From assembly GCA_965112155.1 (NCBI GenBank), contig OZ218103.1: a DNA stretch of 64,000 nucleotides; one strand, given 5' to 3'. Shown here in pieces: positions 48,361 to 63,671 of this stretch. This DNA is from Podarcis liolepis (Eukaryota). Positions within the stretch are counted from its first letter, which is position 1. Every line of letters starts with the position of its first letter. The notes beneath the pieces are model-generated. The model had not been told where the DNA came from. It was given only the letters and a program-made list of their open reading frames with translations, and did no database searches. A program made the translations under genes and the position numbers.

Positions 48361-51300
48361 ACTCTATAACATGAAGAAACTCCTGCTTATTCTTTTTATT
48401 TTTAAAAGAATGCTGTTTCTAAAAACCATCCAGAGTGGGAACTGATTAAAAAGCCCTTTACATGAATCATGCCCACCTCTGCCTTCCCACACTATGAAAG
48501 AATCCATAGTTCAAGACTCTTCAATTCTAACTTGTATTCCCTTGGATGAGATTGTATTTTTAATTTGTTTGCATTCTCAAAATGAACAAATGCTATGTAA
48601 AATTAGCGGACAAATGGGTTTCATTTTCATTCTCAAGGACCTTGCAATGCTATTTTTCTGGCAAAGCTCTTTGATGTGTTTCTCTTGCATGAAGAACTCT
48701 CATAAGTATTACTTCCAGTTGAATATATTTTGAAAATCTGCTGGATGTCATTCAGTGTGATAGTAGGATTAGTTGCATCGCAAGTAAGTGTACAGTTTTT
48801 TCCTATTGCTTGATGCTTAAAAGGTAAGACATACCTCTTTCTGCAATTTCAGGCTCTCAATCCATTGGGCACTTGACTGGCGCTTAGTCGTAAGCACTGT
48901 CCATTAGAAATAGTACTATCATTTTCAGGCTAGGCATAGACTTATCTCTACACTTTTTCTATATTTGGAAACTTTGGGTTGTATCCAGTGTAGTTCCAAA
49001 TAACTTGTTTCCATTAGTTTTACGCTTCTGTAATGGACATTGTGGACCACAGCATTTGCTGTAATGGACCCACAGCATTTGCTGTGGTCAGTATGTAAAA
49101 TGTAGAGGGGAGACATGCACCTCCAAACATGCAGTGGGCATACACGAGGTTGTTGGAGAAAGGGAACAATGATTGTACTGAAGGCTGGACAGAAACCCAC
49201 TGAATGCACCAAGCAGCAATATTAATTTTTCAATATTTGCTCTAAAAGCAGAAGACTACTAAGCACTTTTGGAGTTCTTCTTATTAATTACATCTACAAT
49301 CTAATGCATTATATACCTGGAGGTAACTCCTATTTAAATTCAATGAGGCTTACTCCCATGTAACTGTGGGTAGCGTTGTCGCCTAAAGTTAACTTTCATG
49401 AGAACTTTAGTTGGTAAGGAAACTGCATGAAGGCATCCAAGATCAAATTGCAGTGTTTTCCTTTCTCTTCTCGCTGTGCGTCTTAAATCTGTAAACCTGG
49501 TTTCCTAGTATTCAGTTGTGTTATCCTCAGTAGTGTAATGGGACATGGAAACTTGACACGTAATTCTAAGTATGGGGTGCTTAATTGGACACCAATGCGA
49601 AAAACTCAGATGCTGCTGTTGATGAGCTGAGGGTATTTTATGCAAATAAAGGTTTTTGAACAAATACTGAGTAACTTGGTTTAAAGACCCATTATGGAAA
49701 TAATTGTTAAGATAATTTTAAAGGTATTAACCCTGTATCTCATATGTATGACAGAAAATAAAAGGAATTCTAGGGTTTTTGATTTAACCAAGTAATACTA
49801 TGGGTGAGTAATACACTGAATCAGTCCTGTCTGGTGTTTAAGTTGTCTATGAACTGTGTCCAGTACTCTATACTGTTGCCCTTTTGTGCTCAGAAAGCAT
49901 ATATGTTACCACCTCTATGAAGGAGGCTCTAGTCAAAGTCCTGTTGTCTATCTTTCATCCTGCATCTGCATGCATTAGAGGATCAGTCTGGAATGGAATG
50001 AAAAAAAAGTTGTTTTCAACACTGTTGTCCTTCATTGGATATCAAACATTTCACAGTTATGTTGCACTGAAAATTGTAAATATCATATATGATGCAAGCT
50101 AGCAAATCTTGATGCCAAATAATCCTAGGAGCGCTTTGTCTTCCGAGTCTCCTCATGGTGACGCTCCCATATTTTGAAAACATTTTGATCATCAGTGCTT
50201 ATAGCTCCAGGCAAACATGTTGCTATTTTGGTTTTCTGTTTGGATGAATAATGCGTTGTTACAGGCAAATTCTATCACGCTCTCTCCAGTCTGGAGTGTT
50301 TAATAGATGTTGGTGGCAACATTGTTCCATTTTGCTTTGTAAGATGAAATAAGATGCATGTCCAAACTTTAAAACCATTTTGAGGTCAGATGATTGCTTT
50401 GGAGTCCTTTTTTTAACTTGCTGTATTCATATTCTGTAGCTCTAACTGAAATCCTTGTCTCAGCTTGTAGCTGAGTATGAGAAATCTTCCCAGACAGGAC
50501 TACGTAGCAGTTTCAGTAGGCAGCTGTCTAATGAGAATGCAAGGAACCTGTTCCCTGAGCAACTAAGCATGTGGGCTGCTGCTAAGCAACAGCCATCTGG
50601 AACCCAGTTTGTATTTCTTGGAATGTACCAACCATTTGGTTGGCCAAGAGATAGCATATAGTTGTAGCTGGGAACAAAGACACTTCAAGGGATTTCAGCA
50701 GTTTTATGTCATTCTGAAACCCGCAAGAATTGGAAAGCCCAAGTGAAATGGTGCTCATTCCACCAGCCCTAAAACAACATATTTCCTCTTGTCTTTTGAA
50801 TTCCAAATATCCTGTTTCCAAAAGTATGCTTGGCAGTATTTTGTCTTTCAGTCGCTTTTCACAAGCTGCTTAGTGACTTTATCATGTTACATTCCTCTGT
50901 GCTTAATTCTTTAGGTGACTACAGGGAAGAGTCTAGAAAACTGTTCAAAGTGCATGTCTGTAATGTGCAGGCACATGCCCAAGAAAACAAATTTGATGTT
51001 TTTCCTAATGCATCTTTCAAACTCTCCTGGAGATACAGGTTTTAGTTAACAAGATGTGTCTCTCTACTTCACCCATCTCCTGTTCACTTCTTTATATTTA
51101 TTAAGTACACATGTACTGAAAAGTAGTATTTTGGAAAAAGGAATGATCCAGTCAGTAACTGTTTAGATTTGTATACTTTATTTAAGGGTGTATCCATAAA
51201 AAGTATCTCTCATTTGCATTTAATAAGCGCCATTCTTAACAGTTGTGAAAACTGGCAATATTTTAGTGCCTCTAACCACCCCCACCCCCATTATATCCAT

Positions 51301-54300
51301 AAACAGAGGGAGAGATTCCTGTATGGAAGCAATTGGTATCTCCCAGAAGCTTTTTGTACTGAATGTTTAAAAGTCAAGTTATTTGGGATGTTGGTTTTCT
51401 GCAAGCATAACTTGCATATAACATTCTTGTCTAAACTATTAATAGAATCTTCAAGTGATCTATGAATTGTGCCAGAAACGGAATGTTTGGGCTCTGACTA
51501 CTGTGCCATGGTATAACCAGGCTCAGAGTTTGATTCCTGCACAACAGGTTGTATCTTAATGCCAAGAAACATCTGTTAGCATTCAGATCAGTCTTTGCCA
51601 ACCTGGTGCCCTCCATGTGTTTTGGACTACAACTCTTATCAGCCCCAGCTGTGCTGTAAGAGTTGTAGTTCAAAGCATATGGCAGGCACCAGGTTAGTAA
51701 AGCCACATTTAGATAGTGTTGTGTCACACAGAACATAAGGCGGCACTTAAATGGGTGGAGGGAAGGTATGATGAGCACATAGTAGGTAATGTCTGTCTGC
51801 TTTCTCCTTATCTATTGTCTTGGAGGAACAGCTCTTGGCATAAAAGCCATGGCTTGCAAACCATTGTGATATGCTGTTGCCTGGCTGAAAAAGCATTTGG
51901 CAATAAATCTTTAAAATGGTTGATATGATATTAAGTAAAGCTATTTTGGAAATGAACCACTGCTCCTATGTATAGCTAAGTGTGATAACTTGTTTCAAAA
52001 GAAACATTCATGTACTTTTCTTTGTGGAAGGTGCTGGATGAAGTACAATTCCTATTTCTGATTTTGGGGTGGTGGTGTCTACATTTATTTCTGTAGCTAG
52101 GTGACTGGAAGATAATTTTCAGTGTGCATGGGGTGGGAAGAGGAAGGGAAGTCAAGAAGCAAATAGCCATCTCCTTTCTTCTTCTTCTTTTTAGAAAGAA
52201 AATAAAGGATACATCACAGCTGTTGGTCACTGTAGTCTCATTATTATGTTGCTAATGGTCTCCTTGGAGATAGCAATGTAGCTGTTTATAGGGCTGAGGT
52301 TTTCTGTTGCTTTCTTGCTAGTTTCTCATCCCGAGTGACACTGGTAAGTTCCAAGTTTAGGTGAGCCTACATTTTCAATAGCTACAGTTTTGTGGTGCTA
52401 TCTTCAGAGTTTCTTAACTATCCATGTATCAAGCTGAGTCTTGAGGCAGACCTATCCTATACATTGCCTCTTTTTGTTTTGCTTTGTGTTGTGTGCCTGT
52501 ATGTTCAGGTTAAGAAAAAACCTTCTTTTGTGTTTTATTTTGGAGTACAAGAGCAAGGTTTGATAGCTTTGTGTGGAAATGCACAGAAATTTAGATAGAT
52601 GTCTTGATAGTTTATAGTTCCAAAAGGAAAGCTGCAGTGGTGGAGGATAAATAAATCACCAGACTAGCATTCTGAAAGCTGTTGAGCTCCCTTTGGGTCC
52701 CTGGCAATACTACAATTCTGTGATTATATGAATATTGAAAATAAACCTGTTTTGTCTGAGTTTTCTTAACTAAATGAGAAAAGAGGGAGCTACTCTCAAA
52801 AATTGTAACGTTTACACGTGAAGAAACAGGTCGTGTTGGCTTTCAAAATGGTTTGCAGCAAGTTCTTTGTTCATTCTGAAGTTAACTGCAATGCTTTGTT
52901 CTTTTTTGCTATGTATATGCCTCTGCAAACAAGATTTGTGAATAACTGTAGGCACTAGTTTAGCCTTTCTGGCTTAATGTTTGAGAATGTTTGAGGCAGT
53001 GGTATTGCTTGATTCACTCTGGATTTAAAAGCTCCTTTTATGTTGAAGGTTAAATGGCGGTGGTGGCAAAACTTCTTAGAAGCTACTTGCTCTTTATGAA
53101 AGTCTAAAAAATTAGTAACTCAAGGAACAGACTCCAAATTCATAATGGCAGGATGAAAGCCCATTACCAGAAAAGGAAGGGGGGAGGATCTGACTCGACC
53201 ATTGGAATGAAAAAAGTAGACACATAATAGTCTCAGGAATGTCACATTGAGGAAATGACCTTTCAGTCTAATTTCCTACTTAGCTGGATCCCCTAAATTG
53301 ACTGAGGCAGTAGAAACATTTGTTAGCGTTTGCTTACTGCCAGCCTTTTGCTGTTTAGTGTTATATCTTCAAAAACAGCTGTAGCTCAGGCTTGTGCATT
53401 GTGCAAATGAGTTTGTTGCTTTGACTGGAAGTGCACTAAACATGTTTGAGCATCTTCCATAGGCACATATGTAAAGCATTTCTAATTACTTGGCTGAACG
53501 TCTGTAAGGTTCTCCTGTCTGAAACTTTGAAGCAGAGAGTCTTAATGTTTTGAATCTAGGGAAATGTTTTGTACTAGTCACGTGTAAAGGAGAAATTGGG
53601 CTGTAAAAAGATTTGGCTTGTTGCCATTTGGGATATAGTCATAGTCTTAGGTATGCTTGGGAAAGGCTTTTATCTGATGCTTGTCTTTTGTTAGTTGAAA
53701 CTTGGATTGTACATTAAACCTTGTTATTTAAAAAATATATGAAAACTTTTCCTGGGGCACAAATAAAACACTCAAGAAAATACCTCCCTTTCATGTTCTG
53801 TTGTCCAGTGTAGAATGCTTAGAATAATGCTGGGTAGTGGAAAAATGTGTCTCTGCAATCAGAATCTGACATTCATATTTCCTACCCAGATATGTGTTGC
53901 TTTAAATTGCACATTTCTAATATGTCTGGCTCACATAGTAAATTTTTGCTGGAGACTGCTCAACTCAAGCTTTCAGTATCTTTGTGTCATTGGGAATGGA
54001 GTAGGGGGCTGAACATTTGCTGCATTTACTGCAAAACAATGCTGGTCTATGACTGTTTCAAAACATTCTATAGTATTAGAAGGTTTCTTTCTGCATGTCT
54101 GAAGCAAGGATAATTATTATTTATTGTATTAGTTGCTTTATACAAAAAGATGCCTTAAAGCAAATCAGCAATTACATAAAATGAAAAAAGCTAAAATCAG
54201 AAAAAAATAACCAAGAGAATAATACAGTTCCTAAAACAGCTCATCCAGCGCTACTTTAAAAATAACAAATTCTGCCCCTCCCCACCAAAACATGAACACC

Positions 54301-55959
54301 ACAATAAAGATCAAAATCGTAGCAAAGTATGATCCAAACTTACAAAAGGAAATTTCATCATAACTCCCAATGAAAACTGTTAATGCTGATTTCTTAAAGA
54401 ATGCAAAAGTCAGTATTTTTTTTCTTGCAGAGGAAAATGTTCCCTTGCTGATCTCTATAAATTGTAATATCTATCAACTGAGAGTATATGGAATGCAGGG
54501 ATCTAAAACTTCTCTACTTTCTCCCCAATTATAGGGAAGCAATGGCTAATTAAATTTAATGTGGTTTCCTAGAAACTGACTTGTGCTTTCCTGCTGTTGA
54601 CTGGACCCATCTGTCTGTAGTTTTCCTTTCTGGAGATTAGGGAAAGGAAGCTCTGGCCTTGATGCAAAATTCTTCACCCTTGATAGTTTTTCATGAGCAA
54701 AAGCCACATCGGATACAATTACACTCCTTGGTTCTGTACAGGGCATATAATGGGTGATCACTCAAACTGTGGCAAGCAAGGGAAACTTTGCATTTAATTT
54801 AACAAAGGCAATGCTGAGTCAGCTCCTCTGGTATTTGCAAGTCCGCTACTGCTGTTTCGTGTGAAATGCTAACTTAAACTAGGATTCCAAGTGAGAACCA
54901 CAGTCTTCAGAGCAGCTTGCAGATTGTAAACCTGCTCTAAATTAATAGGGTGGATGCAAAAGGGCTTCCAATATTAGAAAAATAAAATTTAGTGTTTGCT
55001 CTTTGAATAACTGTGTTCCAGGTGATGGCTTGGTAGCTTGAATGTCTCAATAGTTTCTTATTAATTGTGACACTCCTTCCCAAGGAGAAAATTGTCCTAG
55101 CGTAGTCCTTCTTTGGGTTCCTTACTGAGCAGAGTTTAAACACGTAGTCCAGAATGAAGAAGCAAGCCCCTGAAGGTTAATGGCATATGATTTAAGAATT
55201 TTATCTGCTCTCTTCTGCCAAAATTGTTCACTTGCTATCTTAATATGCTGGTGGCATGATTTTTCAGCTGTGGTCTATAATGTTTCCACACTATGCAATG
55301 TTTGTTCAGAGTGTTTATTCAGAGAGCATTTATTCCTGTGATTATATAACATTACCCAATAACACTTTTTTTCTTTCCTAAGCTCACAATGCAAATGATA
55401 AAATACTATAAACACAAAGTATTAAAATCAACAGTCTGCAGCATAAACATTTTCCAACAGAGAGGATAATAGAAACAGTTAACCAATGTTTATGTGCTGT
55501 ATATTTTTGGTTAAATACTTTAAAATTGGATTTTAAACCCTGGGAGAAAAGTCTTCACCTGCATGCACTTAAAGAAGGTGCCAGATGAGCTTCTGTGGGA
55601 AGGGTGTTATAGAACAGGAATCCTAGCACTAAGAAGGCCCACTCCTTGACAGCCACCTGGAGCAGATCTTGAGGTTTCAGTTGCCCGACACTTTTAACTG
55701 TGTCTGGAGACAGGCTTGGCAATTGGTGCTGCTAATGAAGCACTAGCATAATATGAGCTAATTGTCCAGTTAATAATGATACAGGCCTATTTTGGATTAA
55801 GTGCAGTTTCCAAATTATTTTCAAAAGCAGCCCCTTGTAAAAAACAGAAGCAGCCATTTGTACAACTCACTGCAATATAGATGGGTTGTCAATGCATGGT
55901 TAATTGTAGCTACGTTATCTCAATTTACATATGGTAATAGCCGATAAAAGATACTCCAG

Positions 55960-56240
55960 GCAACAGAGGCCACTCAGGACTGTAATGGCAATGCTGGATG
56001 AATAAGCACCTATAAACTGTGTATCTGATATTCTTTAGCGCGTAGTACAGCCCCCTTCAGAATAGGTCTGAAAGCCATTCACTCAGGTGATGAATCACCC
56101 ACCAACATTATCTCAATTGTGTCTGGATTGAGTTTCAGTTCATTTGCCTTCATACAGTCCATTACCATGCCCAGGCACTGGTTTAGGACACCAGCAGCTG
56201 CACCTGAATTTGAGAAAGCTGAGTGTCAGTTGCGTGTATG
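55960..56240 (-). mobile_element. Degraded L2 RT fragment
   Basis: Minus strand shows a YADDTQL-like remnant (tgacactcagc) and atgaaggcaaatgaactgaaactcaatccagacac (M-K-A-N-E-L-K-L-N-P-D, cf. NxLKLNPxKTE). Confidence 0.65.
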
Positions 56241-59200
56241 TTTGGGTTAAAAGTGGACCATGAGTCTAAAAAGGTTGAAGATACCTGCTGCAGAGGACAT
56301 TGAAATCAGCTGAGTAGAGTTCATTGAGGAAATTATGATATCCTGTAAGTAACTGCTCAAAACATCAGCTCCCTCCAGCAGCTTTTCTTTTCCTTTCCGG
56401 GCATCCAAGTGAAGCTTCTTTCATCCTGTGTTTAGAGTGACTCATGGTTGGGACAGAGCCAGCTCACTGCTATTATGCATTAAAAGATCACATTGGTGTG
56501 TGTTAGCACTGATGGAGGAAGAGCTAGATCAGCAGTGGGGAACAGGATTTGGCCAGTGAGCCAGAAGAGCTCCCCCACCCCTGTGGCTATTTTGACAAGT
56601 GGGTGGCACCACCCACCTGTCAGTCGCATGACATCACTATGATATCAGGTTACCCAACTTAAAATGAAAGAATCAAGAGCACACTCTTAAGCGAGCTCCC
56701 AGTTCTTTCCTTTCTTCTTTTCCAGCCCATTTTACTGTAGGTGGACAGTATTTTACTTAATTACATTTTTATGCTGCCCTTACTCTAAAGAGCTCAAGAT
56801 GTGTAGTATGCAGCCTTTTCTTCTTCTCCCCATCTCCTACTCTGTTGTTTTCCCAGATTTGAATCTGGGTCTCCTCACTCCTAGTCCCACTTGTTAAATA
56901 CTACGCCACACTGGTTTTCCTTACATGCATCCCTCTTCATACAAAAATTACACTTGCACCGCCCACCATCTACTCCAAGGTATAACCTCCATCCCCAAAT
57001 AATACTGATATGGCATTTCTTCCAAAGTAATGAAAATAGGTGTGTTGATAATAGAAACAAAGATTTACTATGAATATTCTTTTGCTTGCGGCCAACTTCC
57101 TTGGGAATAATTCAAAAGTCCTGGCTTGTTTCTCTTTTTTTAAACAATGACAAATAGATATTCCAGAAAAAGAAATCAAGGTAGCTGAAATAAGAGTTAG
57201 CTGCTAAGAAACCTGATATAGGCCCTAGCAACGGGAGAGGCAGAATGTAGGTCAGTTCCTTTTGTAGGCTGATGAAATTATTGTGGGAGCTCCCAGAGGA
57301 AAATAAAATATGTTGCCTGTAAAGATAGAAGAAGAGAAACTTTTTATAAGTATTAGGATTTATTGATCTTCTGTTCCAAAAATAAGGAGATGTTGCTAAT
57401 TGCCTTAAGGTGAAACGTAGCCATTATCCAACATTAGTTAGCGTAGCAAAATGGGAAAAAATTGATTTAAAGAAACTGACTTGTATTCTTAGCAGCAGCT
57501 GCTGCTTGGGATTGTTGAATCTTCTCATCCATTTGGAAATTATGAGATGGTAGGCTGCAGTGGGGGAAGTATAAGGTTATATAGCAGAATGGATCCAAAG
57601 CTGCCCTTTCAGTCACAGGACTCCTTCCATGACTGGTCTTTGATCCAGTGGAGGATCAACTAATGGAAGGTGCTAGGTGCTATTTCTCACTGATTTTATC
57701 AACACCACCCCTTGAACACACCCACATGTGCTTTGAAAGGTTGGTGGACCCTCCAGCACAGCGTAAGAGGTGATGGGGGTGCTGTAATGGAGGGGGTGAA
57801 TTGTCAGTACAATGCCTCCTTTCCATTTGCATTACAGACACCAGTGGTGCCTTTTACATCAGAACAACTCCACCGACTGGATTTTGGAATCCAACCCAGT
57901 ATTTCATCTATACATTCCCAGTTTCTTTGCTTCTCACAGAATCTTGTTACTTATGCTCTGTGCTGTCATCACAATTTCTAGAACTGCTGTCATCACTAAT
58001 TGGGAATAGAGGTGTCTTGGGCTGCATACTGATTACTGTTCCTCCTTTGATGTTGTAGCAACAGAAGCAAACAATTTTTGCAGCTTTGCCCTGTACAAAG
58101 GCAAACGTCACCAGTCCTGAATCTCATTTATGTGCTTTAGGGAACAGACTTTTTTTTTTAAAAAGGTGCTGCATATTGCAGATAATTAATAAATTTAAAA
58201 TATATTTAAAGACTTTTCAGCCAGTATTCTCAGTAGAGGCTCAGGCATTCAAAGGCTGAACAAGCAGAGATCTTTTCATCACTGAAAAAATATGGATTAT
58301 TCTAAAATGGAATTGATTATCTTAGTCCCCTGTCTAAATTTAGAAAGCTGCAATCATTCCTGTGTTTCATAGTGAGCAATAAAATTCTATTTTGAGAGAG
58401 TAGCTATTGCCATAGAAACATTTATTTAAATCTAAACCCAATTTTGTGTGTGCCTTCCAAAATAGTTTTTAGAAATCATTTTTGATTAATGAATTGTTGT
58501 TCTCTAGTACAGATGTACCATACTTGCATTGGGTGTTTCATGGGCAAGGCTCAAATGAATGTTTCTGCCTCTCTTCTGCATGGTGGATAGAAGAACATGG
58601 AAAGAGAAACTCAGTGTACATTCAATATAACACTAGCTTGTTTAGACCACACAACAAACCAGCACACCTTTTAAGCACTTGCCACCTTGTATCCATCTCT
58701 GTGGGTGGTTGCTACAAGGAACACATTGTATTATCAAGAGGACCTTTGCATTCTAATGTTCTATTAAGTCTCCCAGCCTCTGTACCAGTTGCCTAACAAT
58801 CCACTTCACTGAAAGATGAATGGAATCAAGAATGCTTAGGGTGCACCCTGTTTGTCTGACTTGCAGGCAGAGCCAAATCTTTGAATAATCTGCATCTGAT
58901 TAAAGGGGTACCAAGCCATTGCAGCAAAAAATAGTAAAGTGCCTGCAAGGTGGCATGGGGTTAAAAAGTACATGGGTTTGTTCCAAGCTCAAGCAAGCAT
59001 TTGGATTCCCTGAAATCAGTCCCATCAGAATGAAGGCTATCATTTCCCTTGAATATGAGCAAATTATCCATGTGAAATGTGACCTTCTTAATAGTCTCTC
59101 TCTCTCAGTACTTGCACATTATGTTATCTTAACTTGTAATAGGCTTAGCAGCTCGTCACTGGAAATCAAATACCTTATACCAGATTTGTCACTGGTACCA

Positions 59201-61721
59201 AGCACACCTGTCAGAAGCAAATCTCGATGGAATTTATTGTCAAGTAGCTGTGTTTAGGATCACAGGCTTAGTGAAACACTGTACAACTCTACAGATGAGG
59301 GCATTAAGAGGCAAATATTGCAAAATGGCTTAATATTACCTGTGTGAGTACTGAGGGAATTGCCATTATGAAAGTAATTTACTTGAAATCCATTCTGCAG
59401 CATACTTTGCAGTGTTTTTGCTGTGTCTAATGGAGAGCAGACATAATTCTTAGGGTGGAACAGATGGAACACTGTATAAAAGACACCCAGGCCCTTCAAA
59501 TGGAAAAGTCTAAATTTGGTATTTTTGCAAGTGATATGTTTAGGTCAATGGGTTTCACATTGTTAAATCTGAATATGCCCAAGGGCTACTTTTAACTTGT
59601 TAAATAAACTTTTGCCAATTCAATCATGCGTGGACCATTTTGTAGAATTAAGTTGGAAGTCCAGCCCTAAAACTCACAACAACATCCTTCTTGAATATGT
59701 CAGATTTTGATATGAACCCAATAAAAAAGTTATTTTGCAGCCAATGTGTTCCCTGAGAAATTATTCTGGAATGTCATGCATCCTGAATTTTACATTTTCG
59801 CCTTTTGAAGTACCATATAACCCAAATGTATTCGTTTATTTTGTAGCCGTGTGTGTTCTTGTATCTACGATCGTCTTTAAACTAGATAGTTTGTTTCCTT
59901 TCGGTGTGGCTTTTTGGGGTGAGTGGGTCCTCTGTAAAATAGTGTAAAATAGTACATGGCTTTGTAAACTATGCACATGTGGAGACAGAATGTCTTGAAA
60001 TTCTTGTGTCTCAAGTGTAATGCAAGATACAGAGTTCATTATCAAACTGCAATATCCTTTAGAATTGAGGAATTTTACAAAGTCAACTGCATGTGATCAA
60101 ACTGCTTTTAGGAGATATCAGTAAATTAGCTTTTGCAAGATGTGCATGTTATCATTCCACATACTACACAGGAGAAACAAGTAGCTTGTGCTTTCCTGGT
60201 TTGCATTGTGTAATGGTGACTGTTTAAGATTAAACTATGAATCTTATCCCTATGATTATTTGGATTGCTCTTTTTTATTTTCTCTTTCCCCCATTTGCAA
60301 CATGTATCTGTCCCTCCTTTATAAAGGATGAGAGTGTAGAAACTACCTAGTGAACTCAACTGGTATCATAATTAATCATCCAGTAATGCTGGAATAGTCA
60401 AGCATGTATTGATTTTATCCCACTTCCACCATGGGACTAGATTGGTTTAAATCCCAGGTATTCTACTTTTTAATATATCTGTGCCCCACCATTACAAACT
60501 CAAAGGGTTTGTGATACTGGGTAGAACAGAATAATGCAGGTCAGCAATTGTTTTGAAACAATTATGGTTCCTTATTTGTTCATTCATTGCACTAAGCATC
60601 ACACATAACTGTGTCTGTCTTCCTGGATTGTGACTGAGTTCTTGCCCAAGTAAACAAATGTTCCTCAATAAGCTGACTGATGCTTTTGGCTCCAGATAAA
60701 AAGCCCATTTCTTTCTCTGCAGCGCTGTTCTTACCATGCTTTGCAACAAACGAGTCTTTTAGATTTAAAGTCAAGTTCTACTGCCAGTTTGTTCTCTGCT
60801 ACAGTAAAACACTTCAAGAAATAAGAACCATGCAAATATAACTTTGGTTATGGTTGTTGTATAAAAAAGGTGTGTGGTACATACATACTAGTTCTGCATT
60901 CTTGTGCTGACTTGTTTAATATGAAGTCGCTGCTATTTAAAGATTAAACCATTTTTTTAACATCTTCACACACAAATTCAAATAATCTTGGCCAGCTGCC
61001 AGCAAGCTTTTGAATGTTGGCCAAGACTGGAGGCAACCAAGAATGCCTGGAAATAATTAATCGAAATAGATGGTACCAACTTCTGAAATGCTGTTTTCTG
61101 AAAATAGCTGTTGCCAGAAATATGACAGATAGCTAAGCAGCATATATATCAAAAGTAAGCAACCTGTTTATATAGGTTTAAAAGAAAATTCATTTGACTG
61201 GAATAAGTCTAGTGTTGTGCTTATCTAAACTTAAGAGAAAGAAAAAAATTCAGGATTACTAATTCTTCATGTCTGTAGCTTCTGACATTATGGCCCCAAG
61301 TGGTGATGAAGGAAATCTGTGAGTTTTAAACGTCCCATGAGCCTGTAATGTTTCACCCAATTCTTGCCAGCTAAAAGTACACTTCATATTACAAAATAGA
61401 TCACCTGCTTTGCATGCAAAATATCCCAGGTCTGATGCTGCAGTTCCAGGTCCTGGATATTGGGTAGGAAGACTCCGCATGACCTTTACCTAAGATGCTG
61501 GAATGCCACTGCCCAAAAGAAAGCTAGATGGACTATTACTGCATGCAGTCGACCAAAGGTTTACTCAGTAACTGATTTCTTGTGGTGATACCTTCTGGAA
61601 CTTAGAGATGAAATAGAGGATAAGACAGGTGCTCCTCTGAGCTACTAAATGCTAGAGAATAGCTAACAAATAAAACTAATTAGATTAGCCATTATTTGTC
61701 CATACTATGGTATGAACAAAC

Positions 61722-61765
61722 TGTATGTATGTATGTATGTATGTATGTATGTATGTATGTATGTA
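61722..61765. repeat. (TGTA)n microsatellite
   Basis: Read directly. Confidence 0.95.
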
Positions 61766-63635
61766 CAAACTATAGGGGTGATTATTTCCGAGGCTTCAGT
61801 TTGAACACCATATTTTACCAGACTCTTGTGTATTGAGCTAAACACTTGCTAGACATTAATGTTTTGATGAAAAGTTTGAGATGCTTTTGTTGCTGTTCTG
61901 TCACAGGCTTGTGGCCTCACATCCTCTGGGGCTCTGAAGCAGATTATTCTGAGGAATAGATCGATGGCTCTGTGAGGAGAGGAAGGACAATCACTTCTGG
62001 CTTCCTAATTTTAGTATTTTTCCCCTTTAGGTGCTCATTTAGGGCTTAAAGAGGAGGAATAATTGGGAGGCTATTTATGTTAACATCCCAGGAAGGAGAA
62101 ATATTTCCAATGCAGATGAGTTGTGTATGCTTTACATCCATAACAAAACTATCAAGTGCCATTTTCCAATGTGAGAATTCCCTTAGTCTTTTGAGGTGTA
62201 TTTCCCTCCTCCTCTTTAGTTTATATTCAATACAATCCACAAACAGTATTTATTCAGAGTTAATTATGAGGAGGAAAATCAGTATTCATTATGTAATCTG
62301 CCTAGGAAAGTCCTTGTAATAACTGCCCTTTGAGTAATGCAAGGTCGCTTTTTAATGAATGCTGAAAACAGACCAGGGAAAAGATGAGGGCTTCAAATAG
62401 GTGTGGCCTGCAACAAAATATTGCAGCGTGTGTTCTTCTCACAGGTGTGTCCTGTTCAGAATTCCTTCTAGGCAGCCATGGTTGCACCTAGCAAATAATT
62501 CGGTTCTTTCCTTTCCACTTTTGCTTTTACAACGGACAGGCAACATTCTGTGGCTACTGAGCATGCTCATTGGACTGGCTTTGGGTGGGGGCAGAATTGG
62601 TCAATAAATTTAATGTATGTCTTGGGGTTCACCCAGGTATACAGTTTACTCCCTCTTGTTTCTCTGTAGTCCTGTTTTGACTCTGTTTCTGTCAGCACTG
62701 ACTGCTTTAGCTAACCGCTAAGAGGGAGAATTAGGATGCAATGCACATGCAATGCACATAGTTCAGTGGACTGAAGCACAGTGTACAACTGCCTACACTC
62801 AAACCATTCTTACAAACAATATCAAGTATGTTCTCCATTTATTCATCTCTGTCTTCTGGTACTACTTCAGAGAGAAACAACTTTGGGGCTAGTATTTCAT
62901 ATCAACTGCATTAGGAGGTTGTGTTTGGACATATTGATAAATTATGGGCTATTGTTGAAAAGGCAAGGCTTGTGCTTGAATGATCCACCTCTCCTATTTT
63001 TTCTCCAGTGTAGCCAAAGAAGGAAACTCTTTTCATCTAACCATAGTTTAGCCTTACGTCTGAAGCTGGAAAAACTATGGTTAATCTTAACTGTGGCTTA
63101 TTGAAACAAGTCAGCAACAAAAAAAACCCCATAGGTTAGCTGCCTTCGGACATAATTATACATAATGAGTTGGCCACTGAGTGGCTGAAGAGTTGTGAAG
63201 TAAACAAGCAAAACAGTAGCTTATCCTACATTTTTCTATATTAAATGCTTGAGCTGACTTACAAAGTAAGATTAAAATAATTTCAAATACACATAGCTTG
63301 TTTAAAATATACAAAATACATATTTGAAACCATAAAATATTAAAATTAAAGAAGCTGGTTTACAATAAAAACAGGTTTTCATGCTTAAAATATATAGGTA
63401 ATTTTAATATAGTCCCTAGATAGGAGTAAAGACTTTTATTGTTAGGTTAACTTTATATGCCAACTATTCTGTAGTTGTTGCCAAAGGAAGTTGGAATCCA
63501 CCTTAAAAGCTCTTGCAGCGACACCCATCCACAAGTATGCACTAAGCTCTCAAATTTCAGCACATGTGCATCACTTTTCAGTTAGCTTAGATCCAGGTCC
63601 ATGTAAAATTGGTAGAATATGGATGTGTCAACGGC

Positions 63636-63636
63636 T

Positions 63637-63669
<33 letters not shown>
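63636..63669. repeat. (TTTA)n microsatellite
   Basis: Read directly. Confidence 0.95.
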
Positions 63670-63671
<2 letters not shown>

